A DNA stretch of 64,000 nt from Octopus vulgaris (Eukaryota). The stretch lies in contig OX597817.1 in NCBI GenBank assembly GCA_951406725.2, positions 105,710,001-105,774,000 on the forward strand, read 5' to 3'. The notes beneath the pieces are model-generated. The model did no database searches, was not told where the DNA came from, and saw only the letters and a list, made by a program, of their open reading frames with translations. The position numbers and the translations under genes were made by a program. The stretch's first letter is position 1. Each line of letters starts with the position of its first letter. This document shows positions 1 to 12,800 of the stretch, piece after piece.

Positions 1-859
1 GAGGGTATCAGGACAGTAATTCATCCTTAGACCAGGGAATTGGTTCCAATATTTGTGATGGAACATCTAAGTTGGTGGTTTTAAATCCACCACCTAAATA
101 CAGTCTTTCTTCTGAGCTTTCACACAGCTTCATCCATAAGACATGGGTTGACCCTAAGCCACTGTACACTTAATAGTAGGAGCTTTTTTCCTTTCCCTAT
201 TCTTCTGTCTTGTAAAATACCTGGTAACCTTACTAATGCCAGTGGCATGTAAAAATTATCCAGCACACACTGTAAAGTGGTTGGCGTGAGGAAGGGCATT
301 CAGCCATAGAAATCATACTATAGCTTACACTGGAGCTCAACGTAGCTTTGCAGCTTGCTGGAGCTTGTCAAACTGTCCAACCCATGCCAGGATAGAAAAA
401 TAGACGTAAAATTTTAATGTTGAGTTTGAATTTTTGTAATGAAAATATAGACGGAGATGGTGTGTTGTGCCAAGTATTTAGAATAGGGTTAGTGAAGAAA
501 GGCAAGGTGGGTCCTAATGGTGTGTAAAGAATTGATATTCGTCATGTTAGTGTTGTGCACTGCAACAGAATGGTCAGATGGGAGCGTCTGATCTTGTGTG
601 AGAATCTCTCATCTGTCACACCAAGTATCAACTTCTTTGTGTCATGAGCAAATTTTCAGTACTTAAGGTTTGATGTTGCAAGGCCAAAGAAAATAATCTG
701 TCTAAGAATTAGAGCAAGGTTTTAATCTGGATAATGAGTTCCCTTAAGGCTCTGATGTGTTGATAATATTACAGAATATTAGTTTCTGTTGAGAAGTTAC
801 TTTACAGAAGGACTTTATCAAGAAGTTCTTGTTTATCAGAGTGTGGTTTTCTTGAGCAA

Positions 860-2141
860 TAATTCCTCATCTTTATCTTCAGTCTCTATTGTCATCAACA
901 ACTGTTAACGCTTGGTTTCCAGGGTCTTCTGTTTCTTCGAGCCAGCATCCGATGTCATCTTCTTTGTGATATCTGCTTTTTCTGCTCTCTAAAGTCTGTG
1001 ATGAAAAATCACTTGCCTTGAATCTTTCAAAATCGTTTTATCCCAACACTGCACAGCATTGGCTAATGTGGTAGTCTCCAGTGCTTCTCATGAAGCAGCG
1101 AAATTGAACATTGCTGACTTTAGTTTATAGTTCTTGATGTTATTGAGAGTTCTTCGTTTTCATGCATCTTCCCTTATACTGTACTCTTCTATCACTCTGA
1201 GAACATCCAAGTATTTTTGTTGATATCGTTTACAGACGACAATTGTACCTTGATTTATTGGTTGGACTGTAGAGGTATCATTGGGAGGCAAGAACTTGCA
1301 CCTTATTTTACCCTCATTACTGACAAGCAGGTGATCACTTGGGCGAGTAGGTATATTGTCCAAAACTACTAATGCCTTTATCTCATCGGCAGAAAATTTG
1401 ATGACATTTTCATATTTCCACACTTCAGGAATAAAATGTGATAAAAATCAGTTGTTAAGAATATGCATATTAAACCATACTTTCTTGCTACGGTGATCGT
1501 TTGATGGTAGCTGGTAACATTATGCTTTTCAAATCTCACCACTAACTTTAAAAGACACCTCCCATCTATTTTCATGTAACATAGGGTTCGTTAGACATGG
1601 TATGAAGGTTTTTATTCTTAAACGTTTGGTTGTTCTAAAGTAACGGCTGCCAATACAGTCCAGTTAAATATCATAATACACTTCGAAAATTAGGAAATTT
1701 TCATCTAACCTATTCTATAATGGTTCGATCTTTGGTAATATGCTGCCTGCTTCAGAATGGTTAATTTTATTACCCATTCCATGATGATTTACAAATTGCC
1801 ATGCCCATCTGTCACTAACTTTGAAATTATTGATGCCCATTTGCCTAGCTGACTTGGCAGGAACATTTTGAATTTCTACATCAAAAGTTGTTACTACATG
1901 GTTATTGATGAATAAACCACTTCATCATTGGTCCTCAAAACTTGTATCTTTTGCAGCTTTCATATGCTTCGTTGCACCAACATAACTTAGCATTTGCATC
2001 AGCATTATACTTCAATGAAAGTGCTGTGAGTTTGTTCTTAACCTGACTTGAAATTGTGTGCTTTTTAACACCTTTTGCCGCAAAAACACCTGCTTCTAAC
2101 TTCCATATGCATTCCAATTTTTTATTCACAGATGGCATCAT
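860..2141 (-). pseudogene. Decayed pogo/Tigger-family transposase
   Basis: ORF 1160-1423 has KALVVLDN...KFLPPNDTSTVQPINQGTI, matching the DDE_1 motifs LDN and FLPPNTTS-QP-DQG. ORF 1935-2141 resembles the N-terminal HTH. Many stops and frameshifts. Confidence 0.8.
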
Positions 2142-2440
2142 CTGCTTCTAGTTTAGATTATTATTATTATTTTCCTTTGAAACCATAATATAAAATATAA
2201 GTCTGAAAACACCCAGTCACTGAAATATTTGTAAAGGTTGTGGTAGGCGGCACACAAATTGCACTGTGTTGTGTTTGGTGTGTTTTTTCCCCACTGTGCA
2301 TTGTGCAACTCTGTTGAACCTTCGAGTTTAATATGATATAACTAAAAAAAAGAAGAATCCAAACTTTATTGTTAGTTCGATCTAACTTAATCCTGTCTTT
2401 AGAATGTGTTATTTGATTTGCAAAAAAAAAAAAAAAAAAA

Positions 2441-3048
2441 AGAGTTGACAGAAACGTAAGCGCGTCGGATGAAATGCTTAGCGGTATTTCGTCTGCCGTT
2501 ACATTCTGAGTTCAAATTCCGCCGAGGTCGACTTTGCCTTTCATCCTTTCGGGGTCGACTTTGCCTTTCATCCTTTCGGGGTCGATAAATTAAGTATCAC
2601 TTACGCACTGAGGTCGATATAATCGACTTAATCCGTTTGTCTGTCCTTGTTTATCCTCCCTGTGTTTAGCCCCTTGTGTGTAGTAAAGAAATAGGTATTT
2701 CGTCTGCCGTTACGTTCTGAGTTCAAATTCCGCCGAGGTCGACTTTGCCTTTCATCCTTTCGGGGTCGATTAAATAAGTACCAGTTACGCACTGGGGTCG
2801 ATATAATCGACTTAATCCGTTTGTGTGTCCTTGTTTGTCCTCTCTGTGTTTAGCCCCTTGTGGGTAGTAAAGAAATAGGTATTTCATCAGGTTTCACGTT
2901 CTTAGATCAAATGTTGCCGAGGTTGACTTTACCTTTCATCCTTTCGGGGTCAATAAAATAAGATCAGTGAAGGAAGTACTGGAGTCGATGTAATCGACTT
3001 TCTCCCTGCTCCCAAAATTTCAGGCCTTGTGCCTTCTGTAGAAAGAAT
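2441..3048 (+). mobile_element. SINE family A multimer (tRNA head with Meta-like core)
   Basis: B-box GAGTTCAAATTCC and core GTCGACTTTGCCTTTCATCCTTTCGGGGTCGATAAA repeated in three units, with an internal ~27-bp duplication near 2526-2585. Confidence 0.85.
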
Positions 3049-3313
3049 TATTTGATTTGAAAACAAGTTAGATTACATCGTAAAAATTATGAAGAAAATC
3101 TGTTTCGGTGAATAAATTCCCAGTAGAGTTTATTTGATGGGGGTAGACATGAAAGAGTAAATCATAGATTTGTGAGAGGCAGAATATGGACAGAGAAAAT
3201 TAGTGAAAAGAAGGGTTAATGTATTCATAGAACAGAGAATTAGAAAGAAAGGATTTTGGTGTCGGTTGGTGTGACAGCAAATTATAAATATGATGACGTA
3301 CTGATAAAATATC

Positions 3314-3547
3314 TATTTCTTTACTGCCCACAAGGGGCTAAACACAGAGAGGACAAACAAGGACAAACAAACGGATTAAGTCGATTATATCGACCCTAGT
3401 GCGTAACTGGTACTTATTTAATCGACCCCGAAAGGATGAAAGGTAAAGTCGACCTCGGCGGAATTTGAACTCAGAACGTAACGGCAGACGAAATACCGCT
3501 AAGCATTTCGCCCGACGTGCTAACGATTCTGCCAGCTCACAAGCCTT
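3314..3547 (-). mobile_element. SINE family A, full length with TSD
   Basis: Reverse complement of the family A consensus; 18-bp TSD ACGTACTGATAAAATATC at 3296-3313 and 3548-3565. Confidence 0.9.
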
Positions 3548-3909
3548 ACGTACTGATAAAATATCATTCACCTTCAGTCCTTGCTTTTGTCACTCTTCTA
3601 TTACCCTCCATCTGTTCACTCCCACATTATGATACAATTGGCTGTGAGGTGTTTAGGGTAATCTCAGAACAATTCATAGCAGGAAAAGAAAATTAGTTTT
3701 TCATTACGATCTTGGATTATATCATGAACTGGTCTTAACATTCTCGATAGATTTACCATCTTTGGAGGATACGAAGTACTAAAATAGCGCAGTTAATCAA
3801 GGATGATGGTATAAGTCAAAACTAACAGTATTTTCTTAACTGAGACCTGTTCGGTTTAACAGGGTTCCTTTGAATAAGGGTAACTGTACATATGCATTCA
3901 GACAAGCGC

Positions 3910-3970
<61 letters not shown>

Positions 3971-3972
<2 letters not shown>

Positions 3973-4196
3973 TATGAGTAGTATAGTTTGCTTGAAGCTT
4001 TGTCAGGTATAGATATTTTTTATTTTATACACATACTAAAAGAGAAAAGTGAGCTCATAACACCATCTCTCCGAGAATTTCCTGAAGAAGGGATCCTGAT
4101 CCCGAAATATTTAAACAGAGGGTAAAAGTACAGACCATCAACTTGTATTATTTCTTATAACTACCATTGTTTTGGCTTTGAAACAAAAAAATCTAA
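3971..4196 (+). mobile_element. Probable Penelope-like terminal-repeat remnant in (CA)n, with degenerate hammerhead
   Basis: (CA)n on both sides; CTGAAGA-A-GGGAT-cctg-ATCCC-GAAA-TATTTA at 4082-4113. Confidence 0.45.
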
Positions 4197-4617
4197 GCAC
4201 ACACACACACACACACACTTACGCACGCGCGCACACACAAGTACGTACGTACGTACGTATCTGTATGTATGTAGAAAAGCAGAGAAACAAACAGACTGAT
4301 GAATGTGTGTGTGTTGTACGAGTATGTTTATCATATGATGATGCATTGTGAGTTTACTGCATTAGTCAAAACTGCAGTGGAATTCGAGTATGACTCATTT
4401 CATAGCTGAGTGCTTACTCGTGGAAATACATCGTAAGATATCCTGCTGAGTAAATTATATACTCCACTTCATATGTTAATGTCAACGTTTACACAAACTT
4501 CAACTGATAGTGTATGTTCTATATATTTTTTGGAATAAGTAAGCAACTAATTGTATGCTTATTGCGTGTGTTTGTGTTTGTGCATTTATTTAAAAATATG
4601 CATATGCGTGCATGTCC

Positions 4618-4761
<144 letters not shown>

Positions 4762-4909
4762 GTCTGTCCGTCTGCATATGTGTGTGTACTTATGGGTATA
4801 TATATTCTTTTACTTGTTTCAGTCATTTGACTGCGGCCATGTTGGAGCACCGCCTTTAGTTGAGCAAATCGCCCCCAGGACTGATTATTTACCACACCTA
4901 TATATATAT

Positions 4910-5247
4910 AGGTGTGGTAAACAATTTGCTTCCAGCCTCATGGTTCAGGTTTCAGTCCCATTGAAGTGTCTGGCCCGACCAAAGCCCTGTGAGTGGATTT
5001 GGTAGACAAAAACTGAAAGCTCGTAGTATATGTGTTTGTGTGCGTGTATGTCTGTGTTGTGTGGATGTATCTGCGTTTGTCCGCCACCACAGCTTGACAA
5101 CCGGTGTTGGTGTGTTTATGTTTCTGCAACTTAGTGGTTCGGCATAAGACACCTATAGAATAAGTAGCAGGTTTAAAAAATAAATACTGGGAGCGATTCG
5201 TTCCACTAGAGTTCCTCAAGGTGGTGGCTCAGGTTAGCCGCAGTCTG
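4910..5247 (+). mobile_element. SINE family B (tRNA/CORE-like), diverged
   Basis: GGTTCAGTCCCA box, GTGAGTGGATTTGGTAGAC motif, internal TG tract, family tail. Confidence 0.75.
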
Positions 5248-5749
5248 ATAATATAGGAGGAGAAGCACACTCTAAGATGTAGAACAATTAATATTATGTT
5301 TGGGGACTGAAGATACAGCGTGAGGACAACTCAGCTCCCAAACTAAGACAATTCTGTATGGAGCGTCCGAGCACGCAAGGTCATATTAAGGACACGGTCT
5401 CTAACTTAAGTAGTTGTGTCCATAAATTAGTAGGTTAATGTACATGCGATATTTCGGTTTGTATGGGTTTCGTCTTAGCTTAGAAGGAATACTTTTTATA
5501 CCGAAGCTAAAAGAAAACATCTGAATAGTTGCTCAGGATTTAACATATATTAGCATGTTTTTTTTAAAAATAAATACAGTGCATTCGAAACGGCTTTTAT
5601 TCCAACAAATTGCTACCTATGATACTACGGAAACAGGCTATTATTGCTACCACTTAGACAACGCAGTTTGAAGTCTACATAGGTTCATCCATTTAATACT
5701 ACCTACTTATAATCATTTCAGTAGCTGTTTTCTCCAGTTTGAACAGAAG

Positions 5750-5970
5750 CAATGCGTGGACCATGCGGGCAGTCGTACGTACCTCAGAAAAGGAGGTTTT
5801 CTGTCCCAACGGGTTCCATTACTCACTATGTGAAAAATTTTAAGTCTAAAACCATCACTGGAACGTAAGTAATGTATGTTCCCAGTTTGGAGAAAAATCA
5901 GTTGCGAACTTCAGAAGTTATGCAGGTTTACACATTTACATACACACACATCTTCAGTTATATATATATA
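5750..5970 (+). mobile_element. Possible Helitron/Helentron-like non-autonomous 3' fragment
   Basis: ...CCAGTTTGGAGAAAAATCAGTTG...CATACACACACATCTTCAGTTATATATAT resembles this type of terminus; resemblance only. Confidence 0.35.
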
Positions 5971-5979
5971 TGTATATAT

Positions 5980-6243
5980 TCATCGGACATGAAACGTCTC
6001 GGGTGACGAACGGTGTCTCGAGTAACGAACACGCAATCCGCAACAACGGTTGGCGACAAGCTGGGAATATCAACGGGAGGGCGTCAGTTGCTGTCCAGCT
6101 TTCTCTCGGAGCACATCCCCGTTCGAATTCGCCCTGCTTTCTCTTGAATTTCCTATGGCAAAAAGAGTTTTACTTTATGAACATTTCAGGTGACGAACGG
6201 CCTTCAGGAACGAATCAGATTCGTAAACTGAAATTCCACTGTA
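5980..6243. mobile_element. Tigger/pogo-like MITE, right end
   Basis: Ends CGTAAACTGAAATTCCACTG-TA (reverse complement TA-CAGTGGAATTTC); repeated GTGACGAAC subterminal motifs. Confidence 0.5.
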
Positions 6244-6499
6244 TTTGTACGTGTATGTACTGTAGGTATATATATAGAGAGATGGATAAATAATTAGATA
6301 GGTGTGTATGTGTTGTTGCTTAGCCCTAGGATAGTCCTGATCGAGAACATCATGTTTATCCTCGCTTTTATTGGGAGTGTGTATATGAGACTATATTATC
6401 CAATATATTCTTTCGCTTTTTAGTAATAGGATGCGCTTTGAGTGAGAAATGGCTGTTATTTTTAACATGTCGAGTTTCCACGGACAGGCTTGTATATAT

Positions 6500-6858
6500 A
6501 CTCTCTGGATTAACGTTACTCGACAGTTTGCACAGCTCGGAGGTCAGGGTGCCTCTCCAGGTTGAGCTACAACTTCTCCGCATTGAGACGTCATAGCTCC
6601 AATACTACAGACGTGATTGAAAAGTCACTGGAAAGAATCGCAAGATGGGTTCTTCAAGCCAAGTCAATTGGCAGGAGACCTAGGAGTAGACCAAGAACCA
6701 GATGATTTGATAATATCCATAATCTCAGCTGGTTACGCTTGGAAGTCCAACCGGAAAATATAAGAAACGTTTGTCTCTGATAGGACCATATGGAGGAGGT
6801 GCCTGAAGACTACACCTACGATCCTTCAAGGAACAGTGGTTGGAAAAGATGAATGAAT
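6500..6858 (+). mobile_element. RTE-clade LINE 3' end
   Basis: Translates as ERIARWVLQAKSIGRRPRSRPRTR*FDNI (GxRPRGRPRTRW motif), followed by a GATGAATGAATG tail. Confidence 0.7.
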
Positions 6859-7099
6859 GTTGCTGTTGTTACTGTTTAGTTTTACGTTGTACATAGTCGA
6901 GTAGACCTCCCCCACCTCAAGAAAAGAAGTGCACCCTTCTAAATAATGTTATTACGCCCTTTTCTCCTGGAATTGTATTCCCTTCTGACCTTGTGCCCTT
7001 CCTTCGAAAAACTCCTGAGACCGCGTTTGACTCTTTCCTGTCTATGTATCAAGAATGTCATTTGCCTATTCAAGGACCTCTTTCTCAAATTTTGTGGAA

Positions 7100-8330
7100 G
7101 CTTGAGTCATTACACTTTAGCTTGGCCTTGTTCAAGGCAAAATCTTAACAGCAAATGTTTTGATTTTCAAGTTCCATTTTGTCATTAAACTGACAAAAGT
7201 TGATCTTCATCCGTGCTTGTTTCTTAGTTTAGTTAATATTAAAACATTCTTTTAGCCACAATTTTGGATAATGGGACACTGTAAACAGTCAATGTGTATT
7301 CTGAGAAAGTTGGCAATCTTAAGTTCAACAACTACATTTCTAAGTATTGCTTCTTTACACCAAAATTCTAACTTGATATTCGGAATTTCATCTGAAAATA
7401 TTTTGTCCCAGTGGATTGATAACAGTGAGCACTGCAGATTTTCCAATACTCCAATCTTAGATGGATCAGCTAAAGCTAAAATGAGAGTTGGAAAAGAAGA
7501 GCGAGTTTCAAATAAATATCGAGGTAAAGCTTTTAATCTTTTGAAGGGTTTCATTATTTCTTAGCACATTCTCCAAGGGTTCTTTCTACGCTCATCTACA
7601 AAGCTTATGACATCGTTTTATTTCTTCGTTCGTATTGTTCTTGTAACTTTTGTTTTGGTGAAATTTTACAGGTCAAAAGATTAGAGAGTTCGTGTCCCAA
7701 GTCAACTATTTTGACGTGAGAAGTATTCATTCAATGTTTAAACATGCTTTAAGACTCACATATTGAGGATTAAAATTTCTTATAAGCATAGACGGCTAAG
7801 TTAATCTAATATACATCCATTTCTTGTTGCTATGGCAATGAATTTTCTTAAATACACTCAACAAACAGGTCTCATAAATGTTAAAGCTCATTAGTTGCAT
7901 CTGATTTCACAGCATGTAATTCCCTTATATAATATTTGTCGCGACTAGAAGATGTGATTTGTAAATGTAATTTTAATGTATACCACTGGCTACGAATTCT
8001 TTTTACACAGTTGTTTCTCATTAACTATCTTGTAGCTGAAAGAAGATCGTTCTCAATGATTCCTCACCATTGCTGATTAATTTATATATTTGGTTGTAGG
8101 AATCTTTTGGCAGCGTTGATTTGTGGAACTGGTTGTTAAGTTTTCTGTTAACAGATAGTGAAAGTTAGAAGGTAATTCTTCAGCAGTATAAGAATATGCC
8201 AGAGGGAGAGAATGGCAAATGCATTTTATGAGAACCAAGTCTGAGATTATCTAATTTCATTAGCGTGTACAAAGAATTGCTAATCACAAAAGTTTGAAGC
8301 ACCGTCTGTTGCAACAGTAAAACAGGTTTT
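7100..8330 (-). pseudogene. Decayed hAT transposase
   Basis: Minus strand gives LVLIKCICHS (CxxH motif, ~8210-8240), AEELPSNF, SQWYTLKLH, and a C-terminal EFW...TKTK region. Confidence 0.6.
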
Positions 8331-8359
8331 AAGAATTTATTCTTACAGCAGCAATCCGG

Positions 8360-8692
8360 GGAAAATGCTTAGCAGCATTTCGTCCGTCTTTACGTTCTGA
8401 GTTCAAACTCCACCGAGGTCGAATTTGCCTTTCATCCTTTCGGAGATCCATAAAATAAGTACGAGTCAAGCTGTGGGGTCGATGTAATCGACTTACCCTC
8501 TTCCCTAAAATTTCAGGCTTTGTGCCTATACTAGAAAGGAATACTAATTTTTACATAAGGCGGCGAACCGGCAGAATCGTTAGTCGTTAGCACGCTAGGT
8601 AAAATTTTTAGCAACATTTCGTCTGCATTCACGTTCTGAGTTCAAATACCACCTCTCCAAAGCAGCTGGCCTTGACCAAAATTTGAAACCAA
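8360..8692 (+). mobile_element. Two adjacent SINE family A copies
   Basis: Head GGCGGCGAACCGGCAGAATCGTTAG at ~8559; core and GGCTTTGTGCC-type tails. Confidence 0.8.
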
Positions 8693-9311
8693 TATTAATT
8701 CTTACACCACTCAAGAACTTTTCCTCGATTTGATGCAACACTTAGTATATTCTTTCTACGGCTTGTTCTTATCTAAAAACATCTGGGGTTGTCTTATAGA
8801 GGCTTGGACATCGGCTGCACAAATCCGAACATATCTCTTTTAAGTTAATTTTCTTCAGTTACGCTATAACCCTTTCATAATTTAGTCCATGAATTTGGTG
8901 CCTCTAGTTGTCTTTTTCCAGAGTATCCTCTTTGCCTTTGTAAAGACATCAATACACAGAGTATGACAACTTACTGATTGAATATGTGAGTTACTGGTGT
9001 GCGTCCTATTTCGCTGGGTATATTAGTATCTTAGTATCTTAGCAATTATCTCTGATAGTACAACACTTCCCCGGCCTTCAGATCGGAAATTGCATTGTAA
9101 ATTTCAATAACTAATCTCTATCGTTTGTTCAGCATCAGCAATGGTGAGTGTGTCACTATCGCTACTATTGTTCCGTACATACTTTTTTCTAACGATATTT
9201 TGATCCGCACTGACACATTGCTTTGCAATCGGAAACGCCAAATACCTGTGACCCTCTTGTCTCACAACATTTGCAAACCCTTTTCTTTCAGCTTCTCTCT
9301 ATGCTATATAT

Positions 9312-9543
9312 ATTTCTTTACTACCCACAAGGAGCTAAACACAGAGGGGACAAACAAGGACAGACAAACGGATTAAGTCGATTATATCGACCCAGTGCGT
9401 AACTGGTACTTATTTTAATCGACTCTGAGAGGATGAAAGGCAAAGTCGACCTCGGCGGAATTTGAACTCAGAACGTAACGGCAGACGAAATACGGCTACG
9501 CATTTCACCCGGCGTGCTAACGTTTCTGCCAGCTCGCCGCCTT
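9312..9543 (-). mobile_element. SINE family A, full length
   Basis: Consensus match; flanking TCTATGCTATAT duplication. Confidence 0.9.
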
Positions 9544-10127
9544 ATCTATGCTATATATTCGACGTCTATCCTCCCTTCTGGTTACATGATAATGTCTCGC
9601 CTTTCTTCCAATTTCACCCCGCCTGCATATTGGCTTTCATATCTTTATTTGCTTTGCTAGTTCACCATGTCACATTCTGTGCGACTCTATCCATAGATCT
9701 GCTCTGTGGATAGCAATAAGCTATCGCAGAGACTCATAATTGTTCTCTCTTATGAACCTCTATTTTCTCCCCTTCAATCCAGATGATCTTCCATTTTGTT
9801 GAAACTGTTATCAATCCTACATCTTGAAAACAACGCACACGTCTTAACCCCTGCTCTAATATCTCTACAATTTCTCCAGACCTATCTTTTGTTGTGCTAA
9901 TTGTTATGGTGATGACCCTGTAATTTTACTCCTGATTGAAATAGGAAAGTTTCCAGTCAGGGCCAGTCGGATAGCTGATGTTCGTTTTCTACATCTGAAA
10001 GTAGAAGATTTGGCACCATCCTTTCATGGTGCCTAGATGTTCTCGCCTGATCGCACCATTATGAGTGTATGTCCTGAATACACAATTAAGCTTTTCGTTA
10101 TTGTATCTGTGACTGTCACAACACGCT

Positions 10128-10167
<40 letters not shown>

Positions 10168-10319
10168 CAGGGAGAGAGAGAAAGGGGAGAGGAAATGAAT
10201 TTTTTCTACGAATGAAGTATAAAGAAAATAAAAAAAGGTGAGAATGCAATTAAGAAAATTTACCCTATGAAAATAGGTAAACTTAACCAGTTTCAGAATT
10301 TGTTTTACCTGGAGTTTTC

Positions 10320-11087
10320 GCTTCATGTCAGCTGTAAGAGTCTAGCTTTCACATCTATACAGAAGGATCGAAGTCACCAGGGACTTGTATACTCTGAGTC
10401 TCGTTGGAAGACTAACGAAATTGCTTTTCCATGATACTCTGCTTCGTCATGGCAGTGGAAGCTAAACTCAATCGTTATTTTATTTTTTTGTTCTTAGGTC
10501 TGTCCCCCTTGGTCAAAGTGGATCCTAAGTATTTGAAGGCGTCCACTTCGTCAAGTCTTTCTCTAATTGTGTTTTGGTTGTTACTATTAACCAAGATCTT
10601 ACTTTTTTCTGGGCAGATCTCCATCTTGTGTGCTCGAGCTCCTGTATTTCTTCTGCTCCAATGCTTCCCAACAGGTCAATATCATCAGCAAAACGTAGAT
10701 TGGAAATGGGTCATCCTGCAATGGAAACAGAGGGGTAGAAGTCTTGAAGTGTTTCCTTTATGGTGTTCTCCTGGAAGATAATGAAAAGCACTGGAGACAT
10801 CTTTGTCGAACACCACTGAAGTCCTGAAGAATTCTCCGATGTTGCTATTCGGGAGAACTGCACTGCTTGAATTGTCAGACAATGCTTGTATTATTTCGAT
10901 GAGGTTGTTGTCGAAGCTGTAATTCTTCAACACCTACCCCAACACATCATGCCAAACACGGGCAAAAGCCTTTTTTAAGTCGATGAAGTTGTGATAGAGG
11001 CCAGACTGTGTCGCAGATGTTTCTCAGCGAGTAGTCTAATGTTGAATATCTGCTCCGTAGTTCTTTTTTCGGGCCTAAATCCTGCAT
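10320..11087 (-). mobile_element. RTE-clade LINE reverse-transcriptase fragment (decayed)
   Basis: AGFRP..RTTEQIFNIRLL..DLKKAFARVWH..GEFFRTSV..NLRFADDIDL..RLRVYKSLVTSILLYRCES, read across frameshifts. Confidence 0.85.
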
Positions 11088-11096
11088 GCACGTCTA

Positions 11097-11097
<1 letters not shown>

Positions 11098-11172
<75 letters not shown>

Positions 11173-11259
11173 TGTCTGTCTGTCTGTCTGTCTATCTGTA
11201 TGTATGTATGTATGTATGTATGTATGTATGCATGTATGTATGTATGTATGTATGTATGT
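11098..11259. repeat. Compound (TG)n(TCTG)n(TATG)n microsatellite
   Basis: Direct reading. Confidence 0.95.
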
Positions 11260-12327
11260 CGGTGGCCTCTTAATAGACTTCTTTTTATTCCTTCCTTCAG
11301 TTGTTCTACAGAAAATTTACTTTGAAATGAGCAAAGAAACCATCATGAGGAATTTTTTAAAAATTTGCAAATCCTAAACGTTACAACACTGAGAAGAAAA
11401 TAACAGTCTTGATATAAATGTTTGAAAACAAGGATAAACTTAAAGTTTTCAACAAGTTACTGGCTATGAAGTAAAATTTTAAATTTTTCAGTGTAATGAC
11501 TGCACTTCGACTTCAATTTCGCCTTAAGAACACAGTGGTATAAAACAGAAGCAAAAAAAAAAAAAAAAAAAAACACAACTCACACATTTCACATGACAGT
11601 TTATTCTGCATGAAGAAAGAAAAAATAATGCTTCTGACTGACGATGTACCTGTTTAACCTTCGAAGTCCCACATGCATTCACATCCACATACACATGCGC
11701 GCGTGTGCGCGACCTGGTGTATATGGTTGCGTGTAATAGAAGAAAGTGTGTTTGGTATCCTTATGAAAATACATTAATTTAATGATTCCAGGCAGCCATG
11801 TAATTGCGGTGAGTATTCGTAGAATGATCTCGCCGTTAGCAAGAAGTCAGTAAGATAACTGAAACTGACAGATATGGCTTGGGATGTTAATGTATATTAA
11901 TGAAGTGGATCACAACGAACCATATTTACTTTCAACACTATTTCTGAAATATCTAGACGGATGATGATGATGATGATGATGATGATGGTGATGGTGATGG
12001 TGATGGTGGTGGTGGTGGTGGTGGTGCGATGATAGTGATGTTCATAATCAAGATGATTATGATGATGATGATGAACATTTATAATATGAAGCCTCTGCTT
12101 GCCAGTCTAAGGAGTGTTTTCAGAGTACTATCACACTATGTATGTTATGTCAAGTTTAGAAAATTATATTCTGAGTTGCTAAAAAGATGGATCATCATTC
12201 TACTTTCCTTTTGAAGATAAATTGTTCGGCATTTTTATTTATTTGTTTCTTTGTTGCTATTATTAGGTTTGTCTTTGTGATTATAACTAAATCTTTACCT
12301 TTGTGCTTTTGTTTCTTCTTACCAACT

Positions 12328-12403
<76 letters not shown>

Positions 12404-12444
12404 TATATATATATAAGAAAATGAGATGACAAAGGTTTAAACAC

Positions 12445-12800
12445 TTTTACTCTTTTACCTGTTTCAGTCATTTGACTGCGGCCATGCTGGAACACCCGCC
12501 TATCGTCGAACAAATCGACCCCGGGACTTATTCTTTGTAAGCCTAGTACTTATTCTATCGGTCTCTTTTGCCGAACCGCTAAGTTACGGGTACGTAAACA
12601 CACCAACATCGGTCGTCAAACGATGGTGGGGTGACAAACGCAGACACACACACATATATATATGACAGGCTTCTTTCAGTTTCCGTCTACCAAATCCACT
12701 CACGAGGCTATAGTAAAAGACACTTGCCCAAGATACCACGCAGTGGGACTGAACCCGGAACCATGTGGTTAGGAAGCATGCTATTTACCACACAGCCACT
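12445..12800 (-). mobile_element. SINE family B
   Basis: Reverse complement has GGCTGTGTGGTAA...GGTTCCGGGTTCAGTCCCACTGCGTGGTATCTTGGGCAAGTGTC (CORE-like) and tail CAGCATGGCCGCAGTCAAATGACTGAAAC. Confidence 0.85.

Noticed and set aside
5296-5343. CTGAAGA flanked by GTTTGGG/CCCAAAC as a hammerhead
   Set aside because: No GAAA or stem III; better explained as a simple hairpin.
8900-10035. Possible RTE endonuclease remnant on the minus strand (RSGEIVEIL-like)
   Set aside because: Too fragmentary to support without a translated search.
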